Assembly: GCA_963662405.2 (NCBI GenBank)
Contig: CAXXKT010000001.1
Coordinates: 1,664,001-1,728,000 of the forward strand
DNA length: 64,000 bases
Direction: 5' to 3'
From: Syntrophales bacterium
GTDB lineage: Bacteria; Desulfobacterota; Syntrophia; Syntrophales; UBA2210
Shown: positions 1 through 10,337 of the stretch, one piece after another
Position numbering within the stretch: position 1 is the first letter of the stretch
Layout: each line of letters opens with the position of its first letter
The notes under the pieces: generated by a model
The model's database searches: none
What the model was told of the DNA's origin: nothing
What the model saw: the letters and a program-made list of their open reading frames with translations, nothing else
Translations under genes and position numbers: made by a program

Positions 1-67
1 AAAGAGTGTAAAAAAGGATGTTGCCCGTGTAAAGACCGTTCTCAGGGAAAGAGGAGAGCTGAGGTAA
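1..67 (+). CDS. rpmC: 50S ribosomal protein L29, C-terminal part (truncated by window)
   Basis: Frame 2 reads [21 protein letters not shown] (TAA 65-67), L29 C-terminal motif, directly before rpsQ. Confidence 0.9.
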   Translation, partial: KSVKKDVARVKTVLRERGELR

Positions 68-71
68 TATA

Positions 72-329
72 ATGGATACTAGGGGTGCCAAGAGGACAAT
101 ACAGGGAATGGTGGTCAGCGACAAGATGGATAAGACGATAGTCGTTCTCACGGAGAGGCTGGTCAAGCATCCCAAGTTTCACAAGTACATAAAACGACAT
201 GATAAATATAAGGCCCACGATAAAGATAACCGGTGCGGTCTGGGAGATACGGTATTGATAGCCGAGTCGCGTCCCTTCAGTAAGGAAAAGCGATGGACGG
301 TACGCGAGATTTTAGAGAAGGCGAAATAA
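72..329 (+). CDS. rpsQ: 30S ribosomal protein S17
   Basis: [14 protein letters not shown]...[11 protein letters not shown]; operon position. Confidence 0.98.
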   Translation: MDTRGAKRTIQGMVVSDKMDKTIVVLTERLVKHPKFHKYIKRHDKYKAHDKDNRCGLGDTVLIAESRPFSKEKRWTVREILEKAK

Positions 330-341
330 CGGGGTTTTGTC

Positions 342-710
342 ATGATACAGATGCAAACCTTTTTAAAGGTAGCTGATAATTCAGGGGCCAAAAAAGTCTG
401 TTGTATAAAAGTCCTCGGTGGTTCACGAAGGCGGTACGCCCGCATTGGAGATGTTATCGTCGTATCGGTGAAGGAGGCGATTCCCAATTCAAAGGTGAAG
501 AAGGGGGATGTGCTGAAGGCCGTGGTTGTACGGACAAAGAGAGAGATAGGGCGGAATGATGGCTCATATGTCAAGTTTGACGAGAACTCCGCCGTGTTGA
601 TCAATGACCAGCTCGAGCCGCTCGGCACACGGATATTTGGCCCTGTCGCGCGTGAGTTGCGGGCAAAGCAGTTTATGAAGATCGTATCCCTTGCCCCCGA
701 AGTCATTTGA
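342..710 (+). CDS. rplN: 50S ribosomal protein L14
   Basis: [17 protein letters not shown]...[12 protein letters not shown]. Confidence 0.99.
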   Translation: MIQMQTFLKVADNSGAKKVCCIKVLGGSRRRYARIGDVIVVSVKEAIPNSKVKKGDVLKAVVVRTKREIGRNDGSYVKFDENSAVLINDQLEPLGTRIFGPVARELRAKQFMKIVSLAPEVI

Positions 711-725
711 GGAATTGAACTGTTC

Positions 726-1058
726 GTGGTAGTGGAGAATCGTCCTATGCATATTAAGAAAAAGGATATGGTGCAGGTCATAGCTGGTCGGGAAAAAGGA
801 AAGACCGGTAAGGTGATCGGTGTCACCAAGGAGAAAACCCGTGTGCTGGTTGAGAAGGTCAATCTGATAAAGAGGCATCAGAGACCTGACGCAAGGGGTC
901 AGGGTGGTATTGTGGAAAAAGAAGCTCCCCTGCATCTTTCCAATGTCATGCTTTTTTGTAGTAAGTGTAATTCCGGTGTCAGGGTCGGATACAAGATGCT
1001 GGAGGATGGCAAGAAGGTGCGGGTTTGTAAAAAATGCCAAGAGCTGCTGGATGAATAG
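726..1058 (+). CDS. rplX: 50S ribosomal protein L24
   Basis: KOW motif [29 protein letters not shown]; alternative start ATG 747. Confidence 0.97.
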   Translation: MVVENRPMHIKKKDMVQVIAGREKGKTGKVIGVTKEKTRVLVEKVNLIKRHQRPDARGQGGIVEKEAPLHLSNVMLFCSKCNSGVRVGYKMLEDGKKVRVCKKCQELLDE

Positions 1059-1066
1059 GGAAAAGA

Positions 1067-1606
1067 ATGGCTAGATTAAAGCAATATTACAAAGAGGAAG
1101 TCACCCCTGCACTGATCAAGGAGTTTGGGTATAAAAACCTGATGCAGGTTCCCCGTCTTGAGAAGATCGTTGTGAACATGGGTTTGGGTGAGGCGATACA
1201 GAACAGCAAGATACTCGATAGTGCCGCCTCCGAGCTCGGCATGATTGTGGGGCAGCGGCCGGTCATTACCAAGGCGCGGAAGTCGATTGCGACTTTTAAA
1301 TTGCGTAAAGGCATGTCGATCGGCTGCATGGTAACCTTACGGCGAGAGAAGATGTATGAGTTCCTCGACCGGCTTGTCAACGTTGCTATCCCGCGCATAA
1401 GGGATTTCCGGGGAATCCTGCCCCGGTCGTTCGATGGAAGGGGAAACTTTTCCATGGGAATCAATGAACATTATATTTTTCCCGAGATCGACTATGACAA
1501 GATCGATAAGGTGAAGGGTTTGAATATCAGTATTGTAACGACGGCGAGGACGGACGATGAGGCTCGGCACCTTTTGAAGCTGATGGGTGTACCGTTTCGT
1601 AATTAG
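1067..1606 (+). CDS. rplE: 50S ribosomal protein L5
   Basis: [15 protein letters not shown]...[10 protein letters not shown]. Confidence 0.99.
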   Translation: MARLKQYYKEEVTPALIKEFGYKNLMQVPRLEKIVVNMGLGEAIQNSKILDSAASELGMIVGQRPVITKARKSIATFKLRKGMSIGCMVTLRREKMYEFLDRLVNVAIPRIRDFRGILPRSFDGRGNFSMGINEHYIFPEIDYDKIDKVKGLNISIVTTARTDDEARHLLKLMGVPFRN

Positions 1607-1617
1607 GAGGAATGGGT

Positions 1618-1803
1618 GTGGCGAAGAAATCCTTAATAGCAAAGGCCAAGGCGAAGAAGAAGTTCCCCGTACGGGAATATAATAGGTGCCCGCTGTGTGG
1701 AAGGCCTCGTGCTTATTACAGAAAATTTGATATGTGTCGGATATGCCTGAGAAAACGCTCCCTCAACGGGGAGGTCCCGGGTGTTATAAAATCAAGCTGG
1801 TAA
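1618..1803 (+). CDS. rpsN: 30S ribosomal protein S14, zinc-binding type
   Basis: RCPLCGRPR...CRICLR; GTG 1618 is better spaced from GGAGG than ATG 1612. Confidence 0.96.
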   Translation: MAKKSLIAKAKAKKKFPVREYNRCPLCGRPRAYYRKFDMCRICLRKRSLNGEVPGVIKSSW

Positions 1804-1815
1804 AGGAGAATCACA

Positions 1816-2220
1816 ATGGGGATGACCGATCCCGTTGCCGATATGCTGACAAGGATAAGAAATGCTAATCGCATGAGGTTTAAGAATGTGGATGTGTTCC
1901 TGTCGAAGGTGAACCTGAATCTTGCGAAGGTCTTAAAAGACGCGGGATATATAAATGGGTTTGATGTCAGGAAAGGTGATCAGAATCCGCATGGTATGTT
2001 GAGGATACATCTGCGCTATTCAACTGGAAAGGAAAGCGCAATCACCGATATCCAGAGGGTGAGTAAACCGAGCAGGCGGGTGTATGCCGGGAGTGCGGAT
2101 ATCCCCAAAGTCCTGAACGGTTATGGGGTAGCCATTCTTTCAACTTCCAAGGGGGTTATGACCGACAAGCAAGCACGTGACTTGCGCGTGGGTGGTGAGA
2201 TCCTCTGTAACGTTTGGTAA
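1816..2220 (+). CDS. rpsH: 30S ribosomal protein S8
   Basis: MTDPVADMLTRIRNA...GGEILCNVW. Confidence 0.99.
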   Translation: MGMTDPVADMLTRIRNANRMRFKNVDVFLSKVNLNLAKVLKDAGYINGFDVRKGDQNPHGMLRIHLRYSTGKESAITDIQRVSKPSRRVYAGSADIPKVLNGYGVAILSTSKGVMTDKQARDLRVGGEILCNVW

Positions 2221-2262
2221 TAATAGCTTTTGGGACGGTAAGAGAGAGCGGGAGATGTATTC

Positions 2263-2802
2263 ATGTCGAGAATTGGCAAGAAACCGATAGATATTCCTGA
2301 TGGTGTCAAGATCAAGCAGCACGACTCATCAATGACGGTTGAGGGTCCCAGGGGGGTCCTTTCCATGGAAGTCCCGCAGGGCGTTGCGGTTGTTCAAGAG
2401 GGCCATACAGTCCTAGTCAAGGTCCTGGCCGATGATCGGAAGGGGCGGTCTCTGTACGGCCTTGTGAGGACGCTCGTGGCCAACATGGTTACCGGCGTGA
2501 GCACAGGGTTCGAAAAGGCGCTCGAGATTGTTGGTGTCGGATACCGGGGTGAGGTGCAAGGCGACGTGCTCAAGCTCCTGATCGGGTACTCAGATCCGGT
2601 AGAGTATGCCATACCTGAGGGGATTTCCGTGAGGGTAGACAAACAGGTTAACCTGGCGGTTTCAGGCATTGATAAGGAATTAGTCGGGAGGGTCGCGGCT
2701 CAGATACGAGACTTGAAGAAGCCTGAGCCGTATAAGGGAAAAGGGATTAGGTACGCAGGGGAGTATGTCAGGAAGAAGGTCGGAAAGTCTGCGGGGACAT
2801 AA
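2263..2802 (+). CDS. rplF: 50S ribosomal protein L6
   Basis: MSRIGKKPI...PEPYKGKGIRY. Confidence 0.99.
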   Translation: MSRIGKKPIDIPDGVKIKQHDSSMTVEGPRGVLSMEVPQGVAVVQEGHTVLVKVLADDRKGRSLYGLVRTLVANMVTGVSTGFEKALEIVGVGYRGEVQGDVLKLLIGYSDPVEYAIPEGISVRVDKQVNLAVSGIDKELVGRVAAQIRDLKKPEPYKGKGIRYAGEYVRKKVGKSAGT

Positions 2803-2826
2803 TATCTTAATAGAGGGATTATTGCG

Positions 2827-3195
2827 GTGGCATCGAAAAAGAGATTGATAAAGATACGCGAAAGACGCGGAAAGCGGGTACGGGGTAAGATCTTTGGCAC
2901 CGAGACCCGACCACGGCTTTCGGTTTTTCGGAGTTCCAGATATATCTATGTCCAGGCCATTGCCGATGATGTGGGAAGGACTCTTGCCCATGCGTCGACG
3001 CTGAATGCGGAGATAAAGGCACAGATGAAGGGACTCAAGAAGAGCGAAGTGGCCCGGGAAGTCGGGAAGCTGTTGGCAAAAGACCTTCTTTCGAAAGAGA
3101 TAAAAGAAGCTGTTTTTGACCGAGGGCGGTTTCTCTATCATGGAAGGGTCAAGTGTCTCGCAGAAGGCGTACGAGAAATGGGCTTAAAATTATAA
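2827..3195 (+). CDS. rplR: 50S ribosomal protein L18
   Basis: RPRLSVFRS...[13 protein letters not shown]. Confidence 0.98.
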   Translation: MASKKRLIKIRERRGKRVRGKIFGTETRPRLSVFRSSRYIYVQAIADDVGRTLAHASTLNAEIKAQMKGLKKSEVAREVGKLLAKDLLSKEIKEAVFDRGRFLYHGRVKCLAEGVREMGLKL

Positions 3196-3199
3196 CTCT

Positions 3200-3700
3200 T
3201 TGAAGCTGGATACGGGGAATATGGAAGAGAACGAACTTCTTGACAAGGTAATCAAGATCAAAAGGACCGCCAAGGTGGTAAAGGGCGGTAGGAGGTTCCG
3301 CTTCAGTGCCGTGGTGGCGGTTGGTGACGGTAACGGCTCTGTTGGTGTTGGATTGGGAAAGGCTCATGAGGTTCCTGAGGCCATCAGGAAGGGAATGGAG
3401 ATGGCAAAGCGAAACATCGTGCAGGTATCCATTGCCGATGGGACCATTCCCCATGAGGTAATCGGCCACTATGGAGCCGGGAAGGTCCTTTTGAAACCAG
3501 CTTCCAAAGGAACGGGTCTTATTGCCGGTGGGGCGGTCAGGGCGATCTTGGAGGTGGCAGGCGTGCAGGATATTTTGACCAAGTGTCTTGGTTCCCATAA
3601 CCCTCATAACCTTGTTAAGGCAACAATGGAGGGTCTGAAGAGCCTTCGGGATCCAGCACGGATAGCTACCCTTCGGGGGAAGGATCTAGCTCAAATCTAA
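3200..3700 (+). CDS. rpsE: 30S ribosomal protein S5
   Basis: [19 protein letters not shown]...GTGLIAGG. Confidence 0.98.
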   Translation: MKLDTGNMEENELLDKVIKIKRTAKVVKGGRRFRFSAVVAVGDGNGSVGVGLGKAHEVPEAIRKGMEMAKRNIVQVSIADGTIPHEVIGHYGAGKVLLKPASKGTGLIAGGAVRAILEVAGVQDILTKCLGSHNPHNLVKATMEGLKSLRDPARIATLRGKDLAQI

Positions 3701-3725
3701 CGATTGGTAATATGGAGCGTAGGTT

Positions 3726-3917
3726 GTGAAACGACTTAAGATTGAGTTGATAAGAAGTTCCATAGGGCGACCTCAAGCGCAGAGGGATGTCCTGCTGGGG
3801 ATGGGGCTGAGGAAGATGCATAGGACGGTGTACCTGATGGACACACCGGAGATACGGGGGATGGTCAGGAAGGTATCCCATCTGGTTTCTGTGGAAGAAT
3901 GTGAGATGGAAGCATGA
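3726..3917 (+). CDS. rpmD: 50S ribosomal protein L30
   Basis: LIRSSIG...GLRK...[12 protein letters not shown]. Confidence 0.96.
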   Translation: MKRLKIELIRSSIGRPQAQRDVLLGMGLRKMHRTVYLMDTPEIRGMVRKVSHLVSVEECEMEA

Positions 3918-4354
3918 AGCTGAATGAATTGAAGCCCGCCGAAGGGGCCACGAAAAAGCGGAAGCGAGTTGGGCGTGGCGACGGCTCTGGACATGGTGGG
4001 ACATCCTGTCGCGGTTCGAAAGGTCAGAATGCGCGGTCTGGCGGTGGTGTCAGGCCCGGTTTTGAGGGCGGGCAGATGCCCCTTTCAAGGCGTTTGCCTA
4101 AGCGGGGATTTTACAATCGATTCAGAAAAGAGTTTGTGATCGTCAATATCGGGCAATTGTCTGTGTTCCCGGCGGATTCCGTTGTGGATATCGATTCCTT
4201 GGTACAGAAAGGTATCGTAAAAAAGACAGGTGATGCTGTTAAGATACTCGGAAAAGGCACAATCGAACATCCCCTGACGATCAGGGCCAACGGTATAAGC
4301 CGTGGAGCCCGCGAGAAGATCGAGGCTTTGGGGGGTAAGGTAGAGGTTGCTTGA
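3914..4354 (+). CDS. rplO: 50S ribosomal protein L15
   Basis: [11 protein letters not shown]...[17 protein letters not shown]. Confidence 0.99.
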   Translation: MKLNELKPAEGATKKRKRVGRGDGSGHGGTSCRGSKGQNARSGGGVRPGFEGGQMPLSRRLPKRGFYNRFRKEFVIVNIGQLSVFPADSVVDIDSLVQKGIVKKTGDAVKILGKGTIEHPLTIRANGISRGAREKIEALGGKVEVA

Positions 4355-5661
4355 TGATCGGTGGTTTTAAGAACATTAGCAAGATTCCGGAGTTGCAGAG
4401 GAAGATTCTTTTTACCTTTCTCCTTCTTGCCGTGTACCGGATTGGTGTTCATGTCCCAACCCCTGGAATAGATACGCAAGCACTCGCCGCCCTGTTCGAA
4501 CAGGCGAAAAACTCCTTACTGGGGCTCTTTGACATGTTTGCGGGGGGGGCGCTGAGCAGGCTTTCAGTATTTGCGCTGGGGATCATGCCGTACATCAGCG
4601 CGTCCATCATACTGCAGCTTTTGACGGTGGCCGTTCCGCATCTCGAGAAATTATCGAAAGAAGGTGACGCTGGACGGAGGAAGATTACACAGTATACGAG
4701 GTATGGAACCGTTATACTGAGTATTATCCAAGGTTTCGGAATAGCCGTTGGCTTGGAGAACATGGCGGGACCGGGTGGTCTGTCCGTTGTTATTACTCCG
4801 GGTTGGGCGTTCCGCCTGATGACCGTGATTACGTTGGCTGCCGGTACGTCCTTTATCATGTGGTTGGGTGAGACGATTACCGAGAAGGGCATTGGGAACG
4901 GTATATCCCTGATCATCTTCGCGGGGATTGTCTGTAGGGGGCCGGCCGCCGTGGTGAATACCTTCCGTCTGTTATCGACCGGTGAGATGGGGATTTTCTT
5001 CGTCGTGATTCTCCTCGTGTTGATGATTGGTGTTGTCGGCGTCATTGTTTTTGTGGAGAGTGCTCAGAGGCGGATTCCTGTCCAGTATGCGAAAAGAGTT
5101 GTTGGAAGGAAGATGTATGGTGGACAGACGACTCACCTGCCGCTGAAGATCAATACGGCAGGTGTTATTCCGCCCATTTTCGCTTCGTCGATTATTATGT
5201 TCCCGGCTACCATTGCGAACTTTGTTCCGCATCCGTGGATGCAGGCCATGGCGGGGGCACTGATGCCGGGGAAGATCGTGTATGAACTCCTCTACGTGGC
5301 ATTGATCTTCTTTTTCTGCTATTTCTATACGGCCGTTACGTTCAATCCGGTCAATGTGGCAGATAATATGAAAAAATACGGTGGTTATGTGCCGGGTATT
5401 CGTCCGGGGAAGAAGACCGCCGAATATATCGATAGCGTGTTGACTCGCCTTACCTTCAGTGGAGCGATCTATGTTTCTGCTGTGTGTGTTCTGCCCAGTG
5501 TGTTGATTAGTAATTTCAATGTTCCTTTTTATTTTGGCGGGACAGCCCTCCTGATTGTTGTTGGTGTAGCTCTGGATACTGCCGGTCAGGTAGAGACGCA
5601 TCTTCTTACGAGACAGTATGAAGGTTTTATGAAAAAGGGCAGAATCGGTAGAAGGCGCTGA
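4354..5661 (+). CDS. secY: Preprotein translocase subunit SecY
   Basis: [34 protein letters not shown]-type loop; multiple TM segments. Confidence 0.99.
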   Translation: MIGGFKNISKIPELQRKILFTFLLLAVYRIGVHVPTPGIDTQALAALFEQAKNSLLGLFDMFAGGALSRLSVFALGIMPYISASIILQLLTVAVPHLEKLSKEGDAGRRKITQYTRYGTVILSIIQGFGIAVGLENMAGPGGLSVVITPGWAFRLMTVITLAAGTSFIMWLGETITEKGIGNGISLIIFAGIVCRGPAAVVNTFRLLSTGEMGIFFVVILLVLMIGVVGVIVFVESAQRRIPVQYAKRVVGRKMYGGQTTHLPLKINTAGVIPPIFASSIIMFPATIANFVPHPWMQAMAGALMPGKIVYELLYVALIFFFCYFYTAVTFNPVNVADNMKKYGGYVPGIRPGKKTAEYIDSVLTRLTFSGAIYVSAVCVLPSVLISNFNVPFYFGGTALLIVVGVALDTAGQVETHLLTRQYEGFMKKGRIGRRR

Positions 5662-5687
5662 CGCAGCCGTATGAGGTGACGCGGTAG

Positions 5688-6437
5688 ATGATTATTCTCA
5701 AGTCTCCCGAAGAGATACAGAAAATGGGAGAATGTAACGCAATAGTTGCAGAAGTGTTGTCTGGATTGCAGGAAAGGGTGAAGCCCGGAGTATCGACCGC
5801 GGAGTTGGATAGATTTGCTGAGGAACTGACACGAAAGAGGGGCGCGCGGCCCGCTTTTAAGGGATATGGCGGTTTTCCCTTTGCGCTGTGTGCTTCGATA
5901 AATTCCGAGGTAGTGCATGGGTTTCCTTCAGATGGTTTGCTGAAGGAGGGGGATATTGTCAGTCTTGATTATGGTGCCTTTTATAACGGATTTTACGGGG
6001 ATTCAGCTATCACGGTTGCGGTGGGAAAGGTATCAAGCTCGGCCACGAAATTGATGCAGGTGACGGAAGAGGCGCTGTACCGAGGTATAGAAATGGCGCG
6101 AGCGGGGAACCGGTTAGGCGATGTCTCTTCTGCCGTGCAAGTTCATGCGGAAAGTGCTGGATTTTCGGTAGTGCGTGACTATGTTGGTCATGGAATCGGG
6201 AAGGGCCTCCACGAAGACCCGCCGGTTCCCAACTTTGGGGTGAGCGGCCGCGGCGTTAAACTGAGGGATGGCATGGTGATTGCGATAGAACCCATGGTGA
6301 ACGAGGGGACGTACGCGGTTAAGGTGAAGCCTGATGGATGGACTGTTGTAACCGAGGATGGTGGTCTATCGGCTCATTTTGAACACACGGTGGCGGTGAC
6401 GGAAGACGGGCCTGTGATATTGAGTGACAGGACATAG
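5688..6437 (+). CDS. map: Type I methionine aminopeptidase
   Basis: GHGIGKGLHEDP, AIEPM, SAHFEHT motifs. Confidence 0.98.
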   Translation: MIILKSPEEIQKMGECNAIVAEVLSGLQERVKPGVSTAELDRFAEELTRKRGARPAFKGYGGFPFALCASINSEVVHGFPSDGLLKEGDIVSLDYGAFYNGFYGDSAITVAVGKVSSSATKLMQVTEEALYRGIEMARAGNRLGDVSSAVQVHAESAGFSVVRDYVGHGIGKGLHEDPPVPNFGVSGRGVKLRDGMVIAIEPMVNEGTYAVKVKPDGWTVVTEDGGLSAHFEHTVAVTEDGPVILSDRT

Positions 6438-6476
6438 GGGTGGGTCGGCGTACTGTACCCCTGACGAGGTGATCAC

Positions 6477-6695
6477 ATGGCTAAAGAAGATGCAATAACT
6501 GTTGAGGGTACGGTGTTGGAACCGTTGCCGAATGCGATGTTTCGAGTTGAACTGGAGAATGGTCACCGTGTTCTCGCGCATATTTCGGGAAAGATGAGGA
6601 TGCATTTTATCAAGATATTGCCGGGAGATAAGGTGACGGTTGAATTGTCACCATACGACCTGACCCGAGGCAGAATTACCTACCGATCTAAATAA
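6477..6695 (+). CDS. infA: Translation initiation factor IF-1
   Basis: MAKEDAI...[17 protein letters not shown]...YDLTRGRI. Confidence 0.99.
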   Translation: MAKEDAITVEGTVLEPLPNAMFRVELENGHRVLAHISGKMRMHFIKILPGDKVTVELSPYDLTRGRITYRSK

Positions 6696-6718
6696 AATGA
6701 GCTGGGAGTGAGAGAATC

Positions 6719-6832
6719 GTGAAAGTGAGAGCATCCGTTAAGAAGATTTGTGATAAGTGTAAGGTGATTAAGAGACGTGGCGTTGTCAGAGTCATATGCG
6801 AAAATCCGAAACACAAACAGCGTCAGGGATAA
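6719..6832 (+). CDS. rpmJ: 50S ribosomal protein L36 (absent from the ORF track, 37 aa)
   Basis: Translated by hand from GTG 6719: [37 protein letters not shown]. Confidence 0.98.
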   Translation: MKVRASVKKICDKCKVIKRRGVVRVICENPKHKQRQG

Positions 6833-6851
6833 CCGGCGGGAGGTTGCATAG

Positions 6852-7220
6852 GTGGCACGAATAGCAGGGGTCGATTTACCCAAAAACAAGAGAATGGAGA
6901 TAGCCCTAACGTATATTTACGGTATAGGGAGGTCAAAGTCCCAAAAGATCCTGGAAGAAGCCGGGATCGATTTTAACACCAAGACCGACAATCTTCTTGA
7001 TGAACAGGTCACCGCCATTCGGGATATTATAGATAAAGATTGTAAGGTTGAAGGCGATCTGAGGCGGGAGATCAGCATGTCCATCAAGCGTCTTATGGAT
7101 ATTGGTACCTACAGAGGGCTTCGTCACCGGAAGGGGCTTCCCGTGAGGGGGCAGAGGACCTGTACCAACGCACGAACACGAAAGGGTCCGCGGAAGGCCG
7201 TGGGAGGGAAACGAAAGTAA
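6852..7220 (+). CDS. rpsM: 30S ribosomal protein S13
   Basis: [10 protein letters not shown]...[17 protein letters not shown]. Confidence 0.99.
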   Translation: MARIAGVDLPKNKRMEIALTYIYGIGRSKSQKILEEAGIDFNTKTDNLLDEQVTAIRDIIDKDCKVEGDLRREISMSIKRLMDIGTYRGLRHRKGLPVRGQRTCTNARTRKGPRKAVGGKRK

Positions 7221-7268
7221 AACGAGCGGAGGTCACGAAACTGGAAGGGATCTCTACCGGGAGGAACA

Positions 7269-7661
7269 ATGGCTCAACCGAAAAAGAGAACGGTCAAGAA
7301 AAAGGAAAAAAAGAACATCTCTGATGGGATTGCACATATTCAGTCGACGTTCAACAATACGATCGTAACTATTACGGATCTCAGTGGCAATGTCATTGCC
7401 TGGTCGTCGGGTGGTGGGCAGGGCTTCAAGGGTTCGCGAAAGAGCACACCCTTCGCCGCGCAACTTACTGCCACTGATGCGGTAAAAAAGGCAAGGGTGC
7501 ATGGACTGAGGAATGTGCAGGTTTATATGAAAGGCCCTGGTTCAGGGAGGGAGTCGGCTCTGAGGGCGTTACAGGCTGCTGGCCTCAACATCAGTTTGAT
7601 AAGGGACGTAACGCCGATTCCGCATAATGGCTGCCGCCCGCCTAAGAGGAGACGGGTCTAA
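7269..7661 (+). CDS. rpsK: 30S ribosomal protein S11
   Basis: STFNNT...[11 protein letters not shown]...[13 protein letters not shown]. Confidence 0.99.
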   Translation: MAQPKKRTVKKKEKKNISDGIAHIQSTFNNTIVTITDLSGNVIAWSSGGGQGFKGSRKSTPFAAQLTATDAVKKARVHGLRNVQVYMKGPGSGRESALRALQAAGLNISLIRDVTPIPHNGCRPPKRRRV

Positions 7662-7714
7662 GCACCGTTTTGCCGGATTCGAGTACATTACATACAGGTA
7701 AGTGGAGGAGTATT

Positions 7715-8347
7715 TTGGCCAGATACAGAGGATCTTTATGCAGACTATGCCGAGCTGAGGGGGCGAAGCTCTTTCTCAAAGGGGACAGGTGTTACAGTGA
7801 TAAGTGCGCCTTCGAACGGAGAGGGTATATCCCCGGGGAACATGGGCAGATCAAGTTTAGACGTAAGCTGTCCGATTACGGCACTCAGCTGAGAGAGAAG
7901 CAGAAGCTGAAGAGAACCTTCGGTCTTCTCGAAAAATCGTTTAAGGGTTGTTTTGAGAGGGCGGAAAGACAGAAAGGGGTTACCGGCACGAACCTGTTGC
8001 TTCTCTTGGAACGAAGGCTGGATAATATGGTCTATCGGTTGGGATTTGCAAATTCCAGAGGCGAAGCGAGACAGCTCGTGAGACATAACCATTTTCTGGT
8101 GAATGGCAAGAAAGTAAATATCCCCTCATATCTTGTGAAGGTGGGTGATACGGTACAGGTGAAAGAGAAAAGCAAGAAGATTGCTACGATACTCGATGCT
8201 GTGGAAACCGTTGCCAGACGCGGTGTGCCCGAATGGCTGGAGATGGATAAAGAAAAATTTGCAGGTGTTGTCAAGGCGTTGCCCACTCGGGAAGAGTTGA
8301 CCATGCCCATTCAAGAGCAGTTGGTGGTAGAGTTCTACTCAAAGTAA
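7715..8347 (+). CDS. rpsD: 30S ribosomal protein S4 (Cys-containing N-terminus)
   Basis: TTG 7715 after [19 protein letters not shown]...LERRLDN...VEFYSK. Confidence 0.98.
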   Translation: MARYRGSLCRLCRAEGAKLFLKGDRCYSDKCAFERRGYIPGEHGQIKFRRKLSDYGTQLREKQKLKRTFGLLEKSFKGCFERAERQKGVTGTNLLLLLERRLDNMVYRLGFANSRGEARQLVRHNHFLVNGKKVNIPSYLVKVGDTVQVKEKSKKIATILDAVETVARRGVPEWLEMDKEKFAGVVKALPTREELTMPIQEQLVVEFYSK

Positions 8348-8373
8348 ACCCTTGACTATGAGGAACGAGTAAT

Positions 8374-9378
8374 ATGGAGAAAAACTGGCGGAGCCTTATA
8401 AAACCGAAGAGAATAGAAGTGGACGAGAAGACCCATACGGCGTCGTATGGCGAATTTACCTGTCAACCCTTGGAGAAGGGATTTGGGATCACCTTGGGGA
8501 ATGCGTTGAGGAGGATTCTCCTGTCGTCCATTTACGGAGCAGCAGTTACGTCGGTGAGATTTGATGGTGTGCTCCACGAATTCTCCAGTATATCCGGTGT
8601 AAAAGAGGACGTATCCGATATAATTCTCAATATGAAGGGGGTACGACTGAAGTTGAACGAAGATGCTCCACGGACCCTCCATATTGACGTGTCCGGTGGA
8701 GGAATCGTTACGGCAGGGGATATTATCATCGATGAAACGGTCGAGATCCTCAATCCAGATCATCACTTGGCGACCCTCTCGGATAAGGCCGTATTTAAAG
8801 CCGATCTGACAGCTGATATCGGAAGGGGATATGTCCCCGCCAGCAAGGAGGGAGATCCCGGGCAGCCTGAGGGTACAATCAACATAGATGCTCTGTTCTC
8901 GCCCATCAAAAAGGTTTCGTATACCGTCTCAAACGCTCGAGTCGGTCAGATAACGGATTATGACAAACTGGTACTTGAGCTCTGGACAGATGGGAGCGTG
9001 CTTCCCGAGGAGGCTGCTGCGTATGCGGCCAAGATACTGAAAGAGCAGGTCAGTGTATTCATCAATTTCGATGAGCCGGAAGAGGTCGAGCACGCCGAGG
9101 AGGTCGAAGAAGAGAGTCATGTCAACGAAAATCTCCTTAAGGGTGTGGATGACTTGGAACTGTCTGTGCGGTCGGCCAATTGTTTGAAAAATGCCGGTAT
9201 TCAATATATCGGTGAGCTTGTTCAAAAGACGGAAGCGGAGATGCTCAAAACGAAAAACTTTGGGCGAAAATCTCTGAACGAGATTAAGGAAATGCTCTCC
9301 GAGATGGGTCTCAGCCTCGGCAGCAAGGTGGATTTTCATCTTCCCGGCAGAGAAGAGCAAAGGAACACGGAAGAATAA
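8374..9378 (+). CDS. rpoA: RNA polymerase alpha subunit
   Basis: [33 protein letters not shown]...[10 protein letters not shown]. Confidence 0.99.
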   Translation: MEKNWRSLIKPKRIEVDEKTHTASYGEFTCQPLEKGFGITLGNALRRILLSSIYGAAVTSVRFDGVLHEFSSISGVKEDVSDIILNMKGVRLKLNEDAPRTLHIDVSGGGIVTAGDIIIDETVEILNPDHHLATLSDKAVFKADLTADIGRGYVPASKEGDPGQPEGTINIDALFSPIKKVSYTVSNARVGQITDYDKLVLELWTDGSVLPEEAAAYAAKILKEQVSVFINFDEPEEVEHAEEVEEESHVNENLLKGVDDLELSVRSANCLKNAGIQYIGELVQKTEAEMLKTKNFGRKSLNEIKEMLSEMGLSLGSKVDFHLPGREEQRNTEE

Positions 9379-9400
9379 TTGTGTAAAGGGGTACGACATA

Positions 9401-9799
9401 ATGCGACACAGGAGAGCGGGAAGGAGACTGGGTAGAACGTCAAGTCACAGGAAGGCCATGATGAGAAACCTGGTTACGTCCCTTTTGGATCATGAAAGGA
9501 TCACCACAACGGACGCAAAGGCCAAAGAACTGCGGGGTGTTGCCGATAAGATGATAACCTTGGGAAAGCGGGGGACGCTCCACGCGCGAAGACAGGCCCT
9601 GTCATTTATACGGGACAGCCGCGTGACGAAGAAGGTGTTCGAGGAGTTGTCTCCCCGATACACTGAAAGGATGGGGGGGTATACGCGAATTGTCAAGGTG
9701 GGTACCCGCGATGGAGACAACGCCCTTCTCTCCATTATAGAGCTGATGCCGGAGGGCGAAACGAAAAAGAGTGGAAAAAAGAAAAAAGCCTTGAAATAG
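9401..9799 (+). CDS. rplQ: 50S ribosomal protein L17
   Basis: [17 protein letters not shown]...GGYTRIVK. Confidence 0.99.
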   Translation: MRHRRAGRRLGRTSSHRKAMMRNLVTSLLDHERITTTDAKAKELRGVADKMITLGKRGTLHARRQALSFIRDSRVTKKVFEELSPRYTERMGGYTRIVKVGTRDGDNALLSIIELMPEGETKKSGKKKKALK

Positions 9800-9817
9800 T
9801 GATTATACGTGTTTTTT

Positions 9818-9848
9818 AAAAGGGCAGGGAGCTAACCTGCCCTTTTTT
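9818..9848 (+). terminator. Intrinsic terminator of the ribosomal operon (possibly bidirectional)
   Basis: AAAAGGGCAGG-gagctaa-CCTGCCCTTTT followed by further T, just after the rplQ stop. Confidence 0.9.
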
Positions 9849-9853
9849 ATTGC

Positions 9854-9881
9854 TTGATTTTTCATTGGAAGGAGCTATAAT
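9854..9881 (+). promoter_or_regulatory. Putative sigma70 promoter
   Basis: TTGATT-N16-TATAAT upstream of the 9947 ORF. Confidence 0.55.
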
Positions 9882-9946
9882 CAGCAAAGGTAATAGTAGG
9901 AATGATTTGTGATGCTATTTCTGAGCGGATACAGGGAGGATGAGTC

Positions 9947-10207
9947 ATGGGAGAGGAGAAAGTTGGAGAGGTTATGAAGTTTTTTTCGAAACCCAGTGTC
10001 GCAGCCGTTAAGATTACAGCAGGTGAGGTATTGGTTGGTGATACCCTCAAGTTCAACGGCCATACTACCGATTTTGCAGACACGATTGCCTCGATGGAAA
10101 TTGATAACGCACAGGTGGAAAAGGCCACGGCGGGAGATTATATCGGTATTAAGGTCTCCGATCGTGTCCGTCCCGGTGATGAGGTGTTCAAGGTCATACC
10201 CGAGTAG
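9947..10207 (+). CDS. Small beta-barrel protein resembling EF-Tu domain II / peptidase U32 C-terminal domain
   Basis: VGEVMKFFSKPSVA...GDTLKFNGHTT...SMEID...GIKV..RVRPGD.V pattern; GGAGG RBS. Confidence 0.75.
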   Translation: MGEEKVGEVMKFFSKPSVAAVKITAGEVLVGDTLKFNGHTTDFADTIASMEIDNAQVEKATAGDYIGIKVSDRVRPGDEVFKVIPE

Positions 10208-10281
10208 TCTCTAATAACGCGTTTCGTGTGAAGGCATGGATCGAAACCCTGAAAGGGTGGTCTATGCGGTGAGTTTTCTGG

Positions 10282-10325
10282 AGGTCGGGGGTTACTGTTA
10301 TGGTAATCTCTGGCCTTTTGTTTGG
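10282..10325 (+). terminator. GU-rich hairpin plus U tract just upstream of folC
   Basis: AGGTCGGGGGTTAC / GTAATCTCTGGCCT pair with G-U wobbles, then TTTGTTTGG. Confidence 0.5.
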
Positions 10326-10337
10326 TAAAACAGCCAC

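Noticed and set aside
5661..5688. Absence of adk between secY and map
   Set aside because: Real, but this gene-order variation is common
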